DNA of 64,000 nucleotides from Chthoniobacteraceae bacterium (lineage in GTDB: Bacteria > Verrucomicrobiota > Verrucomicrobiia > Chthoniobacterales > Chthoniobacteraceae): NCBI GenBank assembly GCA_031409335.1, contig JANNWY010000278.1, forward strand, positions 1-64,000, in the 5' to 3' direction. Below, piece by piece: positions 39,354 through 48,331 of the stretch. The position numbers and the translations under genes are program-made. The notes under the pieces are model-generated. The model saw only the letters and a list, made by a program, of their open reading frames with translations, was not told the DNA's origin and ran no database searches. Position 1 is the stretch's first letter; each line of letters starts with the position of its first letter.

Positions 39354-40067
39354 ATGTCTCCCGCCCGCTCCCAATTTGGCGATACGCGCTGGAGCGTCGT
39401 GCTCGCGGCGCAGTCGGGCGACGAGGCGGATGTGCGCGCGGCGCTCGCGGAATTGTGCGGCGCGTATTGGTATCCGCTCTACGCATTCGTGCGGCGGAGC
39501 GGACACGCGCCGGAGGAGGCGGAGGATTTGACGCAGGAATTTTTCGCGCGGCTGCTGGCGAAGGACTGGCTCGCGGGAGTCGATGGCGCGAAGGGACGCT
39601 TCCGCGCGTTCCTGCTCGCGGCGATGAAACATTTCCTCGCGAACGAATGGCGTCGCGCGCAGACGCAAAAGCGCGGCGGCGGCACGATCGCGGTGCCGCT
39701 CGATGCGGAAGAACGCTACGCCTGCGAACCCGTGGACGCTTTCACACCCGAGACGCTGTACGAACGGCGCTGGGCGCTGACGGTGATCGAAAACGTTTTC
39801 GCCGCGCTGCGGGCCGAGATGGAGCAGGCGGGAAAGCGCGAAGTTTTCGAGACACTGAAAGATCTGCTGTCGCCCGATGCGCGACACATTTCCTACGCGG
39901 AAGCCGGCGCGCGGCTCGGGCTGAGCGAGGATGCGGTGAAGATGACAATTTACCGGCTGCGCAAACGCTACCGCGATCTGCTGCGCGCGCACATCGCGGC
40001 GACGGTCGGCACGAGCGGCGAGATCGACGCGGAGATTCGCGATTTGTTCCGCGTTTTCAGCGCATGA
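39354..40067 (+). CDS. ECF sigma factor of the kinase-associated type
   Basis: TRWSVV, YWYPLYAFVRR, AEDLTQEFF, GRFRAFL, QKRGGG, C-terminal HTH. Confidence 0.9.
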   Translation: MSPARSQFGDTRWSVVLAAQSGDEADVRAALAELCGAYWYPLYAFVRRSGHAPEEAEDLTQEFFARLLAKDWLAGVDGAKGRFRAFLLAAMKHFLANEWRRAQTQKRGGGTIAVPLDAEERYACEPVDAFTPETLYERRWALTVIENVFAALRAEMEQAGKREVFETLKDLLSPDARHISYAEAGARLGLSEDAVKMTIYRLRKRYRDLLRAHIAATVGTSGEIDAEIRDLFRVFSA

Positions 40068-40125
40068 AAAATTCTCGTTACCTTTCGCGCGGAACCGTTC
40101 TGGAAGGGGTGAAACCAAATACGCC

Positions 40126-42165
40126 ATGAACGAATCCAAAACTTGTCCACAATGCGGAGCCACCATTCCCGCCGATGCGCCGGAGGGCGTTTGTCCCGCT
40201 TGCGCGCTGGGGCGCGGGCTGGGAGTCACGCAGATGCAGGCGGAGGAGGCGGAGTTTCGGCGGGCGGAATTGGCGACGCTCGGGGCGGCGTTTCCCGGGT
40301 TTGAATTGATCGCACTTCTCGGGCGCGGCGGGATGGGCGAGGTGTACAAGGCGCGTCAGAAAAAGCTGAACCGGCTCGTGGCGATCAAGATTTTGCCGGA
40401 GCCGTTTGGGAAACTGGATGAATTCACCGAGCGTTTCCGCCGCGAGGCGCAGTCGCTGGCGCGCCTGAACCATCCGAACATCGTGACGATCTACGATTAC
40501 GGCGAGGCGAACGGGCTGTGTTATCTCGTGATGGAATTCGTCGATGGCGTGGATTTGCGGCAGACGATCGAGGCGAAAACGCTCACCGCGGAAGAGGCGC
40601 TGCGCATCGTCCCGCAGGTCTGCGACGCGCTCCAATTCGCGCACGATCAGGGCATCGTGCATCGCGACATCAAGCCCGCGAACATTCTCCTCGATAAAAC
40701 AGGTCGCGTGAAAATCGCGGATTTCGGCCTCGCGAAAATCGTCGGGAAAAGTCCAACCGATCTCACGCTCACGGCAATGGGCGACGTGATGGGCACGCCG
40801 GAATACATGGCGCCCGAGCAGCGCCGCGCGTCACAGACGGTCGATCATCGCGCGGATATCTATTCGCTCGGCGTGGTCTTCTACGAAATGCTGACGGGCG
40901 AAGTGCCGATGGGACGCTTCGAGCCGCCGTCGCACAAGGTCACCATCGACATTCGCCTCGACGACGTGGTGCTGCGAACGCTGGAGCGCGAGCCAGGGCG
41001 GCGTTATCAAAAAGTCAGCGAGGTAAAGTCCGGCGTGGAGACCATCACCGCCGCGAGTCGGCTGCGCCCGATGAAAAAGGAACGCCGTTTTCCGCTCGGC
41101 TTCACCGCGCTGTGGACGCTGCTCTCCGCGCTGCTCTGGTTTTTCCTCGGCGAATTCTGGCGCTGGGAAGGGAAAGGCGTCATCGCCGGTGGCTTCGTGC
41201 TCGCCGCATTCATAGGCCTCGCGCTCTACACGGCGCGGCAGCGTTTCCCGATCATCGCGGAACGGTGGCGCGCGGAGAGCTGGCCGTGGCGGGCCTTCCG
41301 CGTCGCGGGCTGCATTACGCAGTCCATCGTGGTCGTCGCGCTCGTCCTCAGCGCAACCCTGAATCTCGCCGAGCGGACCCGCTGGCCACACTCGTATCTA
41401 AAAGGCGAAAAATTCGCGGCCCAATACAAGGGCGAGGAATACAAGCTCCTGCGCGAACTGAAGGCCTACAAAACCGAAATCCCGAAGGCAGAACTGGCCG
41501 GCCAGGAACTCGGTTGGAACGCCGGTATCGCGTTCCTCGGTACGTCCCCGCCCAATCACCGCTATTTCTCGACCTTCAGCATCCTCGCCCAGCTTTTCCT
41601 CGCGCTCATCCTCCTCGCGAATTCCGTAAACGCGCTCGTGGCCACCGATCAGTTCCGGCTGCGCGTCGATCCGCACTGGCGGCGGACCATCTGGCCGATC
41701 GCCGTGCTGAGCTTCGCGCTCTGCGCCGGCTGGTGTGCCAAGCATTTCGTCGTCTTCCTCCGCGACGTCGCGGCGATGGGGGCGACGATGCGCCAGGGGC
41801 GCGCGTCGGTCGCGGTGCCCCTCGCGGACGTGGAGAAAACGCTCACTGCGAAGCTCAAGTCGGAGGGCTTCCGCATCGGCGAGAGTCGGCAGTGGAAGCT
41901 GATGTCCGTGCCGGAAGGCCGCGATCTCGGCGGGGTGCGGATCGCCAATTTTTGGAAACCCTCGCCCTTCGACCGCTGGGCGTGGCACCGCGGCTGGCTC
42001 GTGCCGATTTCGCCGTTGATCTCGGTGCGCTACCTGGCGAGCGAAAAACCGCTCGAGACCCAGGTGGAAATCACCGTCACCCCGCGCCGCAGGCAGGATG
42101 ATCCCGCATCCCAAGCACTCCTCCAGAGTCTCAAAGCCACCGTCGAGTCGGCCACGAAGCAGTGA
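40126..42165 (+). CDS. Membrane Ser/Thr protein kinase with an N-terminal Zn ribbon
   Basis: CPQC...CPAC, GRGGMGEVY, VAIK, HRDIKPAN, DFG, GTPEYMAPE; C-terminal TM segments. Confidence 0.95.
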   Translation: MNESKTCPQCGATIPADAPEGVCPACALGRGLGVTQMQAEEAEFRRAELATLGAAFPGFELIALLGRGGMGEVYKARQKKLNRLVAIKILPEPFGKLDEFTERFRREAQSLARLNHPNIVTIYDYGEANGLCYLVMEFVDGVDLRQTIEAKTLTAEEALRIVPQVCDALQFAHDQGIVHRDIKPANILLDKTGRVKIADFGLAKIVGKSPTDLTLTAMGDVMGTPEYMAPEQRRASQTVDHRADIYSLGVVFYEMLTGEVPMGRFEPPSHKVTIDIRLDDVVLRTLEREPGRRYQKVSEVKSGVETITAASRLRPMKKERRFPLGFTALWTLLSALLWFFLGEFWRWEGKGVIAGGFVLAAFIGLALYTARQRFPIIAERWRAESWPWRAFRVAGCITQSIVVVALVLSATLNLAERTRWPHSYLKGEKFAAQYKGEEYKLLRELKAYKTEIPKAELAGQELGWNAGIAFLGTSPPNHRYFSTFSILAQLFLALILLANSVNALVATDQFRLRVDPHWRRTIWPIAVLSFALCAGWCAKHFVVFLRDVAAMGATMRQGRASVAVPLADVEKTLTAKLKSEGFRIGESRQWKLMSVPEGRDLGGVRIANFWKPSPFDRWAWHRGWLVPISPLISVRYLASEKPLETQVEITVTPRRRQDDPASQALLQSLKATVESATKQ

Positions 42166-42168
42166 AGC

Positions 42169-43062
42169 TCAGGGAAGCGAAAAATAGTCCGCGCCCTGAT
42201 AGTTACCGTCCACGAGTTTGGCGATCTGCATGAGCACATCGTTCGCGAGCGTGCTCGCGCCAAAGCGGAAAAGATCGGGCGTCAGCCAGTCGTCGCCGAG
42301 CGTTTCGGATAGCATGACGAGATAGGCGAGCGCTTCCTTCGCGGTGCGGATGCCGCCCGCCGGTTTCATGCCGATCCGGCGGCCAGTGTCGTAGTAGAAA
42401 TCGCGGATCGCTTCGAGCATCACGAGCGTGACGGGCAGAGTGGCGGCGGGCGCGACTTTGCCGGTGCTGGTCTTGATGAAATCCGCGCCCGCGCGCATCG
42501 CGAGGTCGCTGCAAAACCGGACCTGATCGTAGCTGCCGAGTTCGCCGGTCTCGAAGATGACCTTCAGATGCGTCTCGCCGCAGACCTGTTTCACCGCGGC
42601 GATTTCATCGGCGACGCGTGCGTGTTCGCCCATGTGAAACGCGCCGCGGTCGATGACCATGTCGATTTCATCCGCGCCCTCGACGATGGCGAGCCGAGTG
42701 TCTTCGAGCTTCACACTGAGCGGCATTTGTCCGCTGGGAAAAGCCGTCGCGACCGCCGCGACATGCACCGGTGACGAGCCGAGAAAGCGGCGCGCGGACC
42801 GGACGAGATTTGGGTAAACGCAGACGGCGGCGCAGCTCGGGACGTGGTATCGCGGATCGGCAGGCTGAATGGCTTTGCGGCAGAGATAGGCGACTTTGCC
42901 GGGCGTGTCCTTCCCTTCGAGCGTGGTGAGGTCCATCATCGAAACGACCATCTTCAGTCCCGCGAGCTTCGCTCCGGTTTTGATGCTGCGTTTGGTGAAA
43001 GACGCGGCGCGTTCCTCGACCATGACCTGGTCGATGGTCGGTGAGGCTTGGATCGTTTTCAT
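42169..43062 (-). CDS. deoC: Deoxyribose-phosphate aldolase (long type)
   Basis: MDLTTLEG, GADEIDMV, LKVIFETGEL, FIKTSTGK, KPAGGIR, FRFGAS. Confidence 0.93.
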   Translation of the reverse strand: MKTIQASPTIDQVMVEERAASFTKRSIKTGAKLAGLKMVVSMMDLTTLEGKDTPGKVAYLCRKAIQPADPRYHVPSCAAVCVYPNLVRSARRFLGSSPVHVAAVATAFPSGQMPLSVKLEDTRLAIVEGADEIDMVIDRGAFHMGEHARVADEIAAVKQVCGETHLKVIFETGELGSYDQVRFCSDLAMRAGADFIKTSTGKVAPAATLPVTLVMLEAIRDFYYDTGRRIGMKPAGGIRTAKEALAYLVMLSETLGDDWLTPDLFRFGASTLANDVLMQIAKLVDGNYQGADYFSLP

Positions 43063-43069
43063 AGCGCGA

Positions 43070-44305
43070 CTATGCCGGAATGCCGATGGCTTCGACAAGG
43101 CTGCGACGATACGCGGCCCAAGTATATCTTTCCGCCGTCGCTCGAGCGGCGTGTTTCATCGCGAGGCAGCGTTCGGGGTCGCGGATCATTTCCTCCAGCT
43201 TTTCCGCGATCGCGGTCGAGGAGGCGATGGGAACGAGGTAGCCGTCGATGCCATCCGAGATCAGGTCACGCCCGGCGGTGTGCGGAGTGGCGATGACGGG
43301 AACGCCGCGTGACATCGCCTCCAAAATGACGAGTCCGAAGCCTTCAAAGAGCGATGGGAGAACGAGCACGTCTTGCTGTGCGATTTCGTCGAGGACTTGC
43401 TCGTGAGGCAGCGAAGGAATCCAGCGATAGGTTTGCACCGCGCGGTTCAGTGCCGCGCAGTTTTCCACCACCTTTCGGCCCAGCAAAGTCAGCTCGACTG
43501 CCGGGCCGAGGGATTCCACGGCTCGAATGAGATAAGACAATCCCTTCCGTTGACCCAGCGAACCGGCAAACAAAACACGCAAGGCCGCACCCGGCTTTCG
43601 AGCGGTCAAGCTCCCGTGAAACTCCGGTGCGCCATAAGGAACGACGTGGACCGGTTTGTCTCCGATATCCGCGCTTTGCAGCGTGTCGCGGGTAAAGCTG
43701 CTGGCGACGATCACCTGATCGGCCAAAGCAAGTTCGGCATCTTTGCGCGCCCGCTTCTCCTGACTATCGGAAGCACCAGTCAGCGTCACGGCCCACTCCG
43801 GCTCGCGCTGGGTTTCGCTGCGGTAGATTTCGGCGGAGACCTTCCAATAGCCGATGGGTAGCTCGTAAATGCACCGCAAGCCAAGAGACTTCGCTGCCTT
43901 AAAAGTCTCCAGCGCACCGTCTTCATAGCAATACACCGAGGCAATCCCTTTCTCCGCGCGGACCCGCCGGGCCACCCTCGCGTCGAAAGCGCGATAAACA
44001 CTGTCGATGCCAAACGGAGCCTTCTCGCCATTCACGAGGCTGCCTAACTTAAAGCCACCCGCTAAGTGGCGAACGATTTCGTGAAAAGGCGCGGTGCGGC
44101 ATTTCCGATGCAAAGGCTGCGGAGGAGTCCGGCGGTTAAGAAACTTGCTCAACGACGATGGACACACCGCGCGAAGCAGCCGATTCGGACGCCACGTGAT
44201 ACAGGTCCAAAATTCGCGAAGCAACCCCGCCGCCTCCAACGCCAAGGCCGCTTGGTACGCGTTCGCGTTGCCGGTAGGATGTGAAATGAGCATCGCGGCT
44301 TTCAT
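43070..44305 (-). CDS. GT4 family glycosyltransferase
   Basis: GQRKG, PSLFEGFGLVILEAMSRGVPVI. Confidence 0.92.
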   Translation of the reverse strand: MKAAMLISHPTGNANAYQAALALEAAGLLREFWTCITWRPNRLLRAVCPSSLSKFLNRRTPPQPLHRKCRTAPFHEIVRHLAGGFKLGSLVNGEKAPFGIDSVYRAFDARVARRVRAEKGIASVYCYEDGALETFKAAKSLGLRCIYELPIGYWKVSAEIYRSETQREPEWAVTLTGASDSQEKRARKDAELALADQVIVASSFTRDTLQSADIGDKPVHVVPYGAPEFHGSLTARKPGAALRVLFAGSLGQRKGLSYLIRAVESLGPAVELTLLGRKVVENCAALNRAVQTYRWIPSLPHEQVLDEIAQQDVLVLPSLFEGFGLVILEAMSRGVPVIATPHTAGRDLISDGIDGYLVPIASSTAIAEKLEEMIRDPERCLAMKHAARATAERYTWAAYRRSLVEAIGIPA

Positions 44306-44360
44306 GTTCCGCCTCTTGTTGCTCAATGTACTGGTTTGTCTGCCAAACTAAATGCAGGCA

Positions 44361-44711
44361 CTACCTAGTGCTGCGATGGCTGGAAATCCACTGAACAGTC
44401 TTTCCCTCTTTGAGGCCCACTTGAAAGCCGGAGAAGACAAAATCTTCCTTCGTTCCGGTCGGTGCATCTGGGAGCAAAAAATATAGGATCTCATCGATGT
44501 CAGAATTACCGTCTTCAAATTTCGGATTCTTATCAGCCGTCAGTGGCGTTCCGAAACGGGCAACAATCGCATTACGAGGAGTTCCCGAAACGATGAATTT
44601 CCGAACGTCATCTTCAGTATATGAAGGAGTCAAAGCTGACAGATTCCTCGAACACGAAGGTGAAGATAATATCCCGAGTATTGAGGTTAAGTAGAATATC
44701 TCCAGTCGCAT
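44361..44711 (-). CDS. Hypothetical exported or lipoprotein (lower GC)
   Basis: Hydrophobic N-terminus ending in Cys; G..R..IV.RFG.P resembles SmpA/OmlA-type folds. Confidence 0.55.
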   Translation of the reverse strand: MRLEIFYLTSILGILSSPSCSRNLSALTPSYTEDDVRKFIVSGTPRNAIVARFGTPLTADKNPKFEDGNSDIDEILYFLLPDAPTGTKEDFVFSGFQVGLKEGKTVQWISSHRSTR

Positions 44712-44735
44712 ACGGTCGTAAAAACATCACTGCCT

Positions 44736-45557
44736 TCACGACAACCGCACAAAATCCCTCAAGAACTGAAACCAAATAAAGAACAGCCCGCGCCACGAAT
44801 AGCGCACTTCGCCGGCGGCGTTTTTTTTGAGGACTCCGGCGGTGAGGTTGTGGGTGATTTGGGTGGTGAGGTCTTTGGCGATTTCGGCCTGCATTTTTTC
44901 GGCGTCGAGAGGTTCGAGGTCTTCGATGATGATGCCGTTATTGCGGAGGAAATCGCGGTGGCTTTCGTGCAAACCTAGAAAACTTTGGTCGCCGCGGACG
45001 CGGTTGACGCGCCATTGGGGGACTAACATGAGGCTATAACTAAAAGGGTAGTTCCACGTTGTCCAAATGCGGCCGTCTTTGGCGCGGGAAGATAGACTTA
45101 GGTAGAAGAAGGCGACGTCGTTTTGGTCGATGAGGCAGACGGCGGCCTGGGTGCGGTCGTCGGCTTTGTAGAAGAGGCGGAAGAATTGCTGGTAGTCGTC
45201 CCAGTCCCAACCGGCGTCTTCGACGTGCTCGAAACGCTCGCCTTCGATTTCTTCGGTGAGTTCTTCGAGAGCGGGGAAGGTTTGCGCGTTCGGCGGAGTT
45301 TTGTGGCGCAGGCTTTTATCGACGGGGAGGGTGAGGCGGCGGACGCGGGTGAGGATTTCGAGCCAGGGGAGGAGCAGCCAGCTCGAGCCGAGGAAGACGC
45401 CGACGATCCAGTAGCCGGTGAAGAGCCAGCCGATGAGGAAGGAGGTGGCGAGGATGCCGAAGGTGCCGATTTTTTGGAAAAAGATTCCGTTGAGCGTGCG
45501 CAGGCTGAAACTGAGCGCGCCGACGCCGAGGACGAGGAGAAGATTGGACAGCGTCAC
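44736..45557 (-). CDS. Hypothetical membrane protein
   Basis: N-terminal TM segments plus a soluble domain; start overlaps the glutaredoxin stop. Confidence 0.75.
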   Translation of the reverse strand: MTLSNLLLVLGVGALSFSLRTLNGIFFQKIGTFGILATSFLIGWLFTGYWIVGVFLGSSWLLLPWLEILTRVRRLTLPVDKSLRHKTPPNAQTFPALEELTEEIEGERFEHVEDAGWDWDDYQQFFRLFYKADDRTQAAVCLIDQNDVAFFYLSLSSRAKDGRIWTTWNYPFSYSLMLVPQWRVNRVRGDQSFLGLHESHRDFLRNNGIIIEDLEPLDAEKMQAEIAKDLTTQITHNLTAGVLKKNAAGEVRYSWRGLFFIWFQFLRDFVRLS

Positions 45558-45808
45558 GGCGTGATCGTGTGCTTCGTCATGAAAACGGCGAGTTCGTCGG
45601 GACCGAAATCGGCGAGCAATTTGCCGTCAGCAGTGACGAGCGTGGGCGTGCGGGTCTGGCCGGAGAGACGGATCATTTCATCGTAGTCCGCGCGGTCCGC
45701 CTCCACGTCGATCTGGCGATATTGGTAGCCGCGACCCCGCAGCCAGTCCTCGGCGCGCACGCACCACGGGCACCATGTTTTGACGTAGAGTTTGAGTTCG
45801 GCGGGCAT
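45554..45808 (-). CDS. Glutaredoxin family protein
   Basis: CPWC active site, SGQTRTPTL. Confidence 0.9.
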   Translation of the reverse strand: MPAELKLYVKTWCPWCVRAEDWLRGRGYQYRQIDVEADRADYDEMIRLSGQTRTPTLVTADGKLLADFGPDELAVFMTKHTITP

Positions 45809-45817
45809 CTGTTTGGG

Positions 45818-46192
45818 TTACTTCTTCGGTGTTTCGGCGGCGGGCTTCTTGGGTTCGTAAGCAGCCTTCCATTTTTCGGAGATCGATTTCACGTAGGTTT
45901 CGACGTTCTTCCTGTAAATCTTGAGACCCGCGGGGACTTCTCGCGCCTCCAGGATGCGCACTTGCTTTGTATCCGTGATGAAATTCGCGCCGGCAAGTTG
46001 GAGCACCACTTTCGTCTGCGATTCCTTGAACATCAGCACGGGAAACACGTCACCCTTGTCCATCATCCACTTGGCACCGTCCGAAAGCTCGACCGGCATG
46101 TCTTGGATCAATGCGGCGTACAATTTGTATTCGCGCGCATTTAGCCCGGCGGCGAATGCGACGGTGAAAACAAGAGCGAGAAGACCTTTCAT
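45818..46192 (-). CDS. Hypothetical exported protein
   Basis: MKGLLALVFTVAFAAGLNA signal peptide. Confidence 0.7.
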   Translation of the reverse strand: MKGLLALVFTVAFAAGLNAREYKLYAALIQDMPVELSDGAKWMMDKGDVFPVLMFKESQTKVVLQLAGANFITDTKQVRILEAREVPAGLKIYRKNVETYVKSISEKWKAAYEPKKPAAETPKK

Positions 46193-46372
46193 GCCGCCAT
46201 AGTGGCGACGGTCCGCAGGGAAATCAATGGGCGCTCTCGGGCCAGTCAAGGCCTGCCGCCGCGAGCGCGGTCATGGCGCGAACTTCCGTTCTCGTAGTTG
46301 AAGTCGCAATTTTCACTCACGATGGTGGGTGAATGGGTCGGCCCGTGACCCGGCGGCATTTCCTGCCGCGGC

Positions 46373-46678
46373 TCAAAAGTAATAATCGCAATTCTCCTCG
46401 CTCGCCGCCTTGCGCCGGATGCGGAAGACGTGCGCGGGGTTCGACAGCGGATCGAGCCGCACGAAATTTCGCCGGCCCGTCCAGAGATAGTGCGTGTCCG
46501 TGAGAAGATCGTGCGCCTGATACGTCTCGTCCTCGCCGAAACCGAAATCCACCAGCGGCACTGAGACAAACGCATCCTGCCGGTGCCACGCATCAAGGTT
46601 CAACACGACGAGCAGCAGATTGTCGCGCGCGCCCGTGGCTTTTGAGTAGCAGAGCACGAGGTCGTTGTCGGCTTTCAT
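46373..46678 (-). pseudogene. Orphan duplicate of the glgE 3' end (last 99 codons)
   Basis: Manual alignment gives 85 of 99 aa identical to the GlgE C-terminus; direct repeat 46373-46672 vs 49751-50050. Confidence 0.88.
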
Positions 46679-46754
46679 GCACGGAAGATGTTTGGGCGCG
46701 CTGCGCAGGGTCTGTTGCCCCGCCGTTACGGGCTGAAGCCCAGGACTGCTTTCG

Positions 46755-46976
46755 CTACGGCTTCGTGATCTCCACCTCGTAAAACTTCCTCGCTTCGGTC
46801 GCGGTGGGATCGGTCACGGTGCGTTCGAGGCCGTTGTCGGTGAAGGTCGCGCCGGGGAGCGTGGCCCACGTTCCGGCGGTCAGGTCGGTCTTGAACTTCA
46901 CCGTGTAAGTGCGGCCGAGGGCGAGCGGGGCGAAGATGAGCTTCCTCTGGCCGGGCGAGCCGGTGCCACTCGTATC
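46755..46976 (-). pseudogene. 5'-truncated remnant: C-terminal domain of a large secreted protein
   Basis: Open frame bounded upstream by a TGA, no ATG: ...GQRKLIFAPLALGRTYTVKFKTDLTAGTWATLPG...TVTDPTATEARKFYEVEITKP*. Confidence 0.6.
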
Positions 46977-47038
46977 TCATTTGATAATTGAACTGTCCCC
47001 TTACCCCTCCTTTCTTTATCCTCATTCTCTTCGCTACG

Positions 47039-48331
47039 ATGAGTGATTCAACGTCTCCACAACGCACGGTTCCCGAAGACAAAGCGATCCTCAGTGCGCT
47101 CAAGCGTGGTGAGAAAGCCGGCGGATCAAACGCCGACCGCGAGAAAGCGAAAGCCCTTGCTGAAAGAGCCGCGGCCGGACTGAGCGATCCGGTTCAGCGC
47201 GCGGCGTTCACCCGGCTCGCTGAATACTTCGCCACACGGACTCGGATGAAGGAAATCGGCCAGCCGCTTGTGCCGCCGCTCGCAGATATTCTCGCACTCG
47301 GTCAGGCCGGCTTCGTGCAGAGCGCTGAGTTTGCGTGGGCAAATGCGGGCGACGCCGTGCTCGATTATCCACTCCCGGAATTGCTCGCTGCCGTGCCCAG
47401 CGCACGGATGCTCGAAGCTGTGGCGCGCAGGCATCGTGATCTCGCCGCACAGGCGCTCGCGCTCGTTTTAGAGCGTCCTGAATTGGCTGAAACTTCCGCC
47501 GCATTCGACTGGGTAGCACAGCACGCGAAGCCGAAGGAACTCTCGAAGCTCGCTCCGCAAATCCTCTCAGGCCACCCGCGCCGTCGGCACCTTCCGGCGC
47601 GCGAGGAAGTGCTGCGTGTTGCATTGCTCCGCGACAAATCCGGCGAACTGCTGCGCGCTTGCCTCGCGATTGCAAAGGGGCACAGCCCTGCCTTCGACCG
47701 ACTTCGCATCGCCGTGAACACAACTCCGAAACTGCTCGTTCAGTTTATCGGCGGCCTACCCAAAACCATCTGCGGCCCGGACGGTGAAATGGCGATGCAA
47801 CTGCTGGAGTCATGGCTTCCGGCGTTTCCGAAAGCAGAACCCGCCACGCGCGAAAATCTCTCCGGCGTGCTCGCCGCGCTCGCCGGGTTGCTGCTCCGGC
47901 AACCGAAACGTAAGGACGTGCAAACGCATCTGCTTGACGCCCTCGCCCGTGCCGCGTTCCCGTGGTTGCTCGCGATGGAAGACGCGCAGGACACGTCTGG
48001 CTTTTGGCTCGTGGCTCGTGCGGACGATTTCACCAAGGCTCGCAAGCCCAGCGGAAACATTTCGCACTACGGTGCCGGCCTGCTCGCCAGCTCGATGGAG
48101 AAGGCAAAGGCCGGCTTAGCGGCGGATGCACTGCTCGAAGCTCTCGCTCTGAACCTCGGCCTGGAACAGGTCGGTGCTCGCGATGAGAGCGTGAGCTTTG
48201 ACCCGAACTTGCACGAAGATACTGTCGGCGGACTGCTCGCGAGTGACCCGGCCACTGTCAACGAACCCGGCTGGCGGCTAGGCGATCAACTCGTCCGTCG
48301 CGCCAAAGTAACCCCCGATAGCCATGCCTGA
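47039..48331 (+). CDS. Helical protein with a C-terminal GrpE-like beta domain
   Basis: LEQVGARDESVSFDPNLHE...EPGWRLGDQLVRRAKV resembles GrpE FDP.LHEA...GY.L..R..R.A.V. Confidence 0.7.
   Translation: MSDSTSPQRTVPEDKAILSALKRGEKAGGSNADREKAKALAERAAAGLSDPVQRAAFTRLAEYFATRTRMKEIGQPLVPPLADILALGQAGFVQSAEFAWANAGDAVLDYPLPELLAAVPSARMLEAVARRHRDLAAQALALVLERPELAETSAAFDWVAQHAKPKELSKLAPQILSGHPRRRHLPAREEVLRVALLRDKSGELLRACLAIAKGHSPAFDRLRIAVNTTPKLLVQFIGGLPKTICGPDGEMAMQLLESWLPAFPKAEPATRENLSGVLAALAGLLLRQPKRKDVQTHLLDALARAAFPWLLAMEDAQDTSGFWLVARADDFTKARKPSGNISHYGAGLLASSMEKAKAGLAADALLEALALNLGLEQVGARDESVSFDPNLHEDTVGGLLASDPATVNEPGWRLGDQLVRRAKVTPDSHA

Noticed and set aside
38034..40349. 771-aa minus-strand ORF
   Set aside because: Antisense to the membrane protein, sigma factor and kinase genes; no motifs
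45051..45064. GTTCCACGT parS-like half-site
   Set aside because: The right half does not match; not palindromic
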